56,428 bases of DNA from a virus, in IMG/VR virus record IMGVR_UViG_3300046051_000019, positions 1 to 56,428 of that record; one strand, given 5' to 3'. Under the pieces are notes generated by a model, which searched no databases, had not been told where the DNA came from, and worked only from the letters and a program-made list of their open reading frames with translations. Position 1 is the stretch's first letter, and every line of letters begins with the position of its first letter. Position numbers and translations under genes: made by a program. Positions 51,429 to 56,428 of this stretch are shown here, in pieces.

Positions 51429-51659
51429 ATGTATGTACGTGACAAATACTCGAACGTGACACGAACCATCATCGCTGCACTCGTCGTGCTGCTCGGAATC
51501 AGTATCGGCGTTAACTTCACCGTGGTCTCATACCTCAGCGCCCAAATGGGGTTCCCGTTCTGGCGACATTGGGGCTTCATACACTACAGCGGTACCGCGG
51601 CGTCAGCTGGGCTCGGCGCGTTCGCAGCGGTGTATCTCTCCCATGGGAAACCTATTTGA
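51429..51659 (+). CDS. Small membrane protein
   Basis: Two hydrophobic segments. Confidence 0.45.
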   Translation: MYVRDKYSNVTRTIIAALVVLLGISIGVNFTVVSYLSAQMGFPFWRHWGFIHYSGTAASAGLGAFAAVYLSHGKPI

Positions 51660-51687
51660 CCGTGGGGATACAACTAGCTATTAACCC

Positions 51688-51744
51688 GATTCCAAAGGAA
51701 GGATACCGCGGATACCGCGAGTGCCCATTTCTCCTTTGGAATCG
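51688..51744. promoter_or_regulatory. 12-bp perfect inverted repeat enclosing a tandem GGATACCGC x2
   Basis: GATTCCAAAGGA (51688-99) pairs with TCCTTTGGAATC (51733-44). Lies about 50 nt upstream of the primase gene. Confidence 0.6.
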
Positions 51745-51791
51745 AGGAGCAATAAGAGTAACTATGAAAAACCGCGCGAACCACGGGATAT

Positions 51792-54464
51792 ATGCAACCT
51801 GATAGATTCTGGTACATCAAACTCAGGGACCACGGTACTCGTGGAGAACGAAAGATCCCAGCAGAGCCATGGGGTAGTTACACAGACGACTTCGATGACC
51901 TCGACAACGTGTACACGTACGAGGAAACCCAAACCCATAGCCATGGGAACTACGGTATCGTGGGCACTCGTGTCGAGAACCAGAAACTCATCGTCGTCGA
52001 CGTCGACACGCACGATATCCCGGAGTTCGACGAGGACTTACTCGGGTTCGACGTAAACCGAGTCCCATTCGTTCGGTCACGGAAACCCGACGGGCCAGAC
52101 GGGTACCACGGGTACTACGTCGCGCGGAGAATCAGCGAGGAAATCACCGTCGAGCCAGCTCAGTCCTGGGTAGACGTCAAAGCACACGACCAAGGACACG
52201 TCGTGTCACCGTTCCACGAGAACGAGTGGTACGACTCGTTGAACGACGCCGAGCTATACCAGATCTACGATCACGACGAGGTCAATCTCACGTTTAGCTA
52301 CGACGACCGCGATCTCGTGCAACCGACGAGTACACGGGAATTCGAGTCACTCGACGTCCCTGATGACCCGCCGAGAGAGATACCGAGTTGTCTCCACGAG
52401 TTACTACAGCATCGACGCGACCTCGATCGATCACGAACAGATATAGACCCGTTCAAGCTCGACACAGCGGTCGGGATCCGGCTCGTCGCGTTCGGATACA
52501 GTATCGAGGACGCGATGTCACTGCTACGGGAATACCCACCCGAAGACGGGTTCGATGAACAAGAGTCGCGATACCAACTCGAGCTCTTATACAAGAAACA
52601 ACTCTACCCGCACAGTCGCGCGTCGCTCAACGAGATCGGTGTCCAACTCAGTCCTTGTACGTGTCACCACTGCGATACCCGTAGTGACCTCGTCGCGACG
52701 AACCCGGCGCGTGCCGACGAGTGGACCGTCGACACAGAGGGCGAGATACCGAACGTCGCGATGCCATCGATCGCGCGTACCGGGAAATCGTACACGATGA
52801 TCCGCGAAGCCGCGAGGTGCCTGGACCGCGATACACGAGTCGTGTACGTTTCGAGCGCGCACAGCGAAGCCGAAGCGACCGTCGAGAAGTTCAAAGAGCA
52901 CGGAGTCACGGACGTCGCGTATCTCACTGGGCGGGATAGAGCACTGGAAGAATACAACGTCACGTGCACGGGTGACTTCCGGCAAACAGCATCCGCGAAA
53001 ACGCCGAGAGAAGCAGCTCGGCTCTCGAATTGTAACCAGTACCTCGCGTTAACCCGGGGGTGTAAGAACGCACAAGTCGTCGTCACCGTGCCGGAGAAAC
53101 TCCGCGATATCGGTGATCGAGACTGGGTTATCATGACGGAAGAAGCAGCGTTTAACCGTATCTTGAGCTCGTCTGTTAACGTCATCGACGTCGAGCGACA
53201 CCTGGGCGACGATCGAGTCGTGAAAAAGAAGCTCAGTACCCGGGTAGACAGGTTACAACGCGTCGTGGATCACATCGACGATCTCGACCAAGTGCAACGA
53301 GTCCATCGCTGGGTGCGCACGACGGCGCGGGGAATGATCCAGGTGTGTCGACGCATCGATAATTGGCTCCCAGTGGATTGGAACGCAGTGGACGAGTCCT
53401 GGGCGTCACTCGTCGACGACGTCGAGTCACTACTTAGCGACATCGAGTTCGCGGAGCAACCCGTGTTATCGAGGGCTCGGAAATGGCTTGAGCGCTTCCC
53501 GGATCTCCGAGAATCTATTTTGAACGTGATGTTCCATGATGGCGTGAACAGTTACGAGAACGACGAGAAGAAACAGCTATTCATCGTCGGTGATTGCGAC
53601 GAGTTGTTCGTCCCGTTACCTGAGAGCGTCGACACGATATGGACCGCTGGGAACTCGTTGCCTCACATGGAGCATTTCCACGAGATCTCGCATGGAGACG
53701 AGTACGAAGTGAAACCGTTTTATGGCGGTGTGACACCGGTCCAGGATTGCATCCGAGTCATCAAGTACACGGGTGGTGACAATCAAAACGTTCAAGCGAA
53801 TCACGTGCAACGAGCGATCGAGGAGTTACAACGGGCGCTCGCGCCGAGTGACGACACCGTTTCAGGGTTGTTGGTCTCGGGGTCCTCGAAACATTGCGCG
53901 TCGCACGCAGAGAGAATCAATAGATGCACGTCGCCGAGCGAGAACGATACCTTGGAGGACGTGCGATATTACTTGAACCACGCCACGGTGGTCGCGATCC
54001 CGGAGAACAGTCAGTTCTCTGAGGGCGTCGATACCCCTGAAGCGGATTTTGGCGCGTTGTATAACGGTAATTTCGCGACGCCGCGAGAGGACTACATGTC
54101 GGAGACGTACGGGCGCCGGGATTTGAAGAAAGCGGAGAAGATCCGTGCCGCGCAGAACTCGATCCTGCGCCCGAGCGACGTGCTCGACGACGACATGGTA
54201 CAGTACGGGACGGGTGTCACGCCGGTAATTGTCCCGGATATGCACGTCCCGGACGAGATCTGGGCGCTGTTTGAGGAGTATGGCGTATCGGTGTGGGAGC
54301 AACGCGACATTGTCGACGTGAAGAAGTTGTTGGTGACGTTTATCGATAGCGACGACGTAGAGGTGCATTGTGATCGTGTTCTTCACGTCGACGATACCCC
54401 GGAAGAGGTTAGTGACGTGAAGCGTCTTATCTTGGAACAGGGGTCGTCTCGGCGGTTGGATTGA
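51792..54464 (+). CDS. Primase-polymerase (AEP) fused to a PriCT-like and P-loop helicase/NTPase region
   Basis: AEP motifs VVDVDTHD, GYHGYY and VDVKAHD. P-loop IARTGKSYT. Confidence 0.75.
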   Translation: MQPDRFWYIKLRDHGTRGERKIPAEPWGSYTDDFDDLDNVYTYEETQTHSHGNYGIVGTRVENQKLIVVDVDTHDIPEFDEDLLGFDVNRVPFVRSRKPDGPDGYHGYYVARRISEEITVEPAQSWVDVKAHDQGHVVSPFHENEWYDSLNDAELYQIYDHDEVNLTFSYDDRDLVQPTSTREFESLDVPDDPPREIPSCLHELLQHRRDLDRSRTDIDPFKLDTAVGIRLVAFGYSIEDAMSLLREYPPEDGFDEQESRYQLELLYKKQLYPHSRASLNEIGVQLSPCTCHHCDTRSDLVATNPARADEWTVDTEGEIPNVAMPSIARTGKSYTMIREAARCLDRDTRVVYVSSAHSEAEATVEKFKEHGVTDVAYLTGRDRALEEYNVTCTGDFRQTASAKTPREAARLSNCNQYLALTRGCKNAQVVVTVPEKLRDIGDRDWVIMTEEAAFNRILSSSVNVIDVERHLGDDRVVKKKLSTRVDRLQRVVDHIDDLDQVQRVHRWVRTTARGMIQVCRRIDNWLPVDWNAVDESWASLVDDVESLLSDIEFAEQPVLSRARKWLERFPDLRESILNVMFHDGVNSYENDEKKQLFIVGDCDELFVPLPESVDTIWTAGNSLPHMEHFHEISHGDEYEVKPFYGGVTPVQDCIRVIKYTGGDNQNVQANHVQRAIEELQRALAPSDDTVSGLLVSGSSKHCASHAERINRCTSPSENDTLEDVRYYLNHATVVAIPENSQFSEGVDTPEADFGALYNGNFATPREDYMSETYGRRDLKKAEKIRAAQNSILRPSDVLDDDMVQYGTGVTPVIVPDMHVPDEIWALFEEYGVSVWEQRDIVDVKKLLVTFIDSDDVEVHCDRVLHVDDTPEEVSDVKRLILEQGSSRRLD

Positions 54465-54613
54465 ACTGTTCGGCGTAGTCTTTAGTACGCGATTCACATT
54501 TGTTTCAACGTGATTTGTAGTGTTAGTATCGGTTCTCGTGGTTCCTGTGAAACTCGCTGCGCTCAGTCACGCTGTCACGAGCGATCTCGGCCTGAAACGC
54601 GACGGTATTGATG

Positions 54614-54638
54614 GTTGTAGTTACTATAGTAAGACAAC
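54614..54638. repeat. Palindrome GTTGTAGTTACTATAGTAAGACAAC, related to the inverted-repeat cores at 21.4 and 24.36 kb
   Basis: The central TTACTATAGTAA is a perfect palindrome. Downstream CTACGCTGCGCGGTGG resembles GCTACGCGGCGTGG of the right arm. Confidence 0.55.
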
Positions 54639-54682
54639 GCACTGAGATGAGCTCGGGTTACTACGCTGCGCGGTGGAGAGGG

Positions 54683-54696
54683 TTACACTTTTTAAC
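54683..54696 (+). promoter_or_regulatory. TTACACTTTTTAAC box
   Basis: Lies about 27-30 nt upstream of the ATG at 54724. Confidence 0.45.
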
Positions 54697-54723
54697 TTCC
54701 GGTGTTTATCTTTTACTGTAACG

Positions 54724-54951
54724 ATGGCTCAAGCTGAGACGTTAACCTCCGAGGACATCGTTCGGATGGACCTCGACGAACTGAAGCGGACGAGTAACGA
54801 CATCGACGTCGATCCCGGTGACTTGGATTTCCCGTCGATGGCGCATCACATGACGGTGCGCGGGAAGCTCGAGGCGCTCGTGGATAAGGACGCGATCGAT
54901 TACGGTGACATGGAAGAGGTCTACGAGCGGTGGAAAGAGAGCAAGCACTGA
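54724..54951 (+). CDS. Hypothetical acidic protein
   Basis: 75-aa ORF after the promoter box. Confidence 0.55.
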   Translation: MAQAETLTSEDIVRMDLDELKRTSNDIDVDPGDLDFPSMAHHMTVRGKLEALVDKDAIDYGDMEEVYERWKESKH

Positions 54952-54954
54952 AGG

Positions 54955-54971
54955 ATAACACTTTTTATCTT
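54955..54971 (+). promoter_or_regulatory. ATAACACTTTTTATCTT box
   Basis: Lies about 30 nt upstream of the ATG at 55000. Confidence 0.45.
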
Positions 54972-54999
54972 ACAATCTTAAACTTGGATTGGAGCGACC

Positions 55000-55671
55000 A
55001 TGACAGACGACGCAATCGACGCGTTACAAGAACGGAAGTCCAGTGGCGGCGGAGACTACGCGCCCTGGTGGGAACCCAGCGAGGGCGACGAGATCATCGG
55101 GATCGTCGTCGAGAAACACGACTACACAGATCCAGGCGGAGGCACGCACCCAGTCGGGACGCTTCGCTCAGTCGGGAATGGTGACCACGAGAAAGGCACC
55201 GAGGTCGCGACGCCAACGCACTCCTCGCTCACAGACGACGTCCAAGCAGTCTCGATCGGTGACGTGATGCTCATCGAGTACGAGGGCACCGTGAAAGCGA
55301 ACACGGGTCGCGACATGAACGCGTACGCGACATCTATCCTTACCCGTGACGAGTGGCAAGGCACCGAGCAAGCCGATGACTTCCAAGACGTCTGGGAGAA
55401 CTCACCGCACTACAAAGGCACAACCGAGCAAGCCCTCCAGGCGAGTGACAGTACTGGGAACTCTGAGTCAACCGAGTCGACTGATTCACGTGTCCCGGAT
55501 AAAGCGATCGAGTTCGCAGAGGACGTCGTCGCGATGAACGACGGGGAAGTCCCAGTCGACGAGCTCGACGGGTACCTCAACGACGTCAGGGACTACGACG
55601 TCGAACCCGCGGTGGTCGTCGCGAGCTCAGACGAGCTCAGTTCGGATGGGGACTCGGTGGAGAAAAACTGA
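55000..55671 (+). CDS. Hypothetical protein. A role as an OB-fold DNA-binding protein is speculative.
   Basis: 223-aa ORF with an acidic C-terminal tail. Confidence 0.55.
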   Translation: MTDDAIDALQERKSSGGGDYAPWWEPSEGDEIIGIVVEKHDYTDPGGGTHPVGTLRSVGNGDHEKGTEVATPTHSSLTDDVQAVSIGDVMLIEYEGTVKANTGRDMNAYATSILTRDEWQGTEQADDFQDVWENSPHYKGTTEQALQASDSTGNSESTESTDSRVPDKAIEFAEDVVAMNDGEVPVDELDGYLNDVRDYDVEPAVVVASSDELSSDGDSVEKN

Positions 55672-55839
55672 TACCTCTTCGCTGAGTAATCCATGTATAG
55701 GTCATGGCACCTGACCTCGCGCGGCGACACCGTCGTGCTAAACCCGGTGCAATGCACGCGTGGTTTGGTCAACCGTTGGAACCGGGAAGGCTGGGACCTC
55801 GCCCGGAACCGGAACTCGACAAGTCCACCGCTTCGACCC

Positions 55840-55883
55840 GGCCGTGATTAGGTTTTCGATGGTTCGACTCCGTCCACGGCTCC
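55840..55883 (+). ncRNA. tRNA-like minihelix (acceptor stem + T arm) ending 4 nt before the Cas4-like ATG
   Basis: GGCCGTG-attaggttttc-GATGG-TTCGACT-CCGTC-CACGGCT-cc. Lies in a 215-nt ORF-free spacer at 55672-55886. Confidence 0.5.
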
Positions 55884-55886
55884 TAG

Positions 55887-56428
55887 ATGAGCGACTTGAT
55901 CGACAGGTGGTTGGAATCGAAATATACTGGCGGTGAACCCGACGGCGCTCGATTCCGCGACGAGCGCGGGGAGTATCACGCGAGCAATATCAGTAACTGT
56001 CCACGCCGGTGGTACTGGGATTTCGAACGCGAATCAGAGGACTCGTGGAGCCCGTACTTCGAGCTCGGTCGCGTCTTTGAGGACGTGTACGGGCGAGCGC
56101 TGCGCTGGGAGCACGGCGACGACAGAGTGAAGCAAGACGTGAACATCGAGATACGCATCGACGACGATACTCGTATCGTTGGCGAGTCGGATTGGACGGT
56201 GTTCAAGGACGGTGCTCGATACGAGATAGACAAAGTCACGTTGCGTCGAGACGGTACGCGAGACGCAGTTACCCGAGCGGGTGACGTCGTGGAGTACGGG
56301 TGCGACGTTTTGAAAGTCGTGGAGACGAAGACCACGAAAGACATCGATTGGCGGCGCCGGTATGGGCATAAACCGTCGCATCTCTATCAGTTACAAACGT
56401 ATATGTGGGCGATGGATTGCCCGGGTGA
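55887..56428 (+). CDS. Cas4/RecB-like PD-(D/E)XK nuclease, N-terminal part (continues at 3..272)
   Basis: N-terminal Cys (ISNCPRRWYW), GESDW, VVETKT and HLYQLQTYM motifs. The frame is open to the window end and identical to bases 1-55. Confidence 0.75.
   Translation, partial: MSDLIDRWLESKYTGGEPDGARFRDERGEYHASNISNCPRRWYWDFERESEDSWSPYFELGRVFEDVYGRALRWEHGDDRVKQDVNIEIRIDDDTRIVGESDWTVFKDGARYEIDKVTLRRDGTRDAVTRAGDVVEYGCDVLKVVETKTTKDIDWRRRYGHKPSHLYQLQTYMWAMDCPG

Overview
The window is a complete genome of about 56.37 kb from a tailed dsDNA virus (Caudoviricetes). Bases 1-55 are identical to 56374-56428, so the contig closes on itself: it is circular, circularly permuted, or carries an assembler overlap. 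A haloarchaeal host is inferred from the strongly acidic proteome, the BRE/TATA-type promoters placed about 27 nt upstream of start codons (many genes look leaderless), and the ATGA/TGATG translational coupling.

Layout:
- 0.3-20 kb and 50-56.4 kb hold replication, recombination and nucleotide metabolism. This includes family-B DNA polymerase, an ERCC4 nuclease, DUF932, a dNMP kinase, an SF2 helicase, a prim-pol/helicase fusion, and a Cas4-like nuclease that spans the junction.
- 20-27 kb holds regulators and small zinc-ribbon proteins.
- 27.5-50 kb is a siphovirus-like morphogenesis block: TerS/TerL, portal, MuF, scaffold, an HK97/encapsulin-like capsid protein, connectors, major tail protein, a chaperone with a -1 frameshift, tape measure and fibres.

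Most interesting observations:
1. A Ro60-like TROVE+vWA protein lies directly downstream of a promoter-driven tRNA(CAT) and about 350 nt of ORF-free RNA rich in tRNA-like structure. This is a candidate viral Ro/Y-RNA module. Further acceptor+T-arm minihelices occur at two other loci.
2. The gene set fits replacement or hypermodification of cytosine in virion DNA. It comprises two ThyA-family paralogues that both carry the Asn-to-Asp cytosine-specificity change, a MazG-like NTP pyrophosphatase, a Dcd-like enzyme, a dNMP kinase and a UDG-superfamily protein.
3. An NRAMP-like transporter with a degenerate metal site is embedded in that nucleotide operon.
4. An amidoligase plus class-II amidotransferase cassette is bracketed by inverted repeats of about 200 bp.
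5. A promoter+leader cassette of about 60 nt is repeated 8 times on both strands.

All family assignments come from motif recognition by eye. No database search was run.
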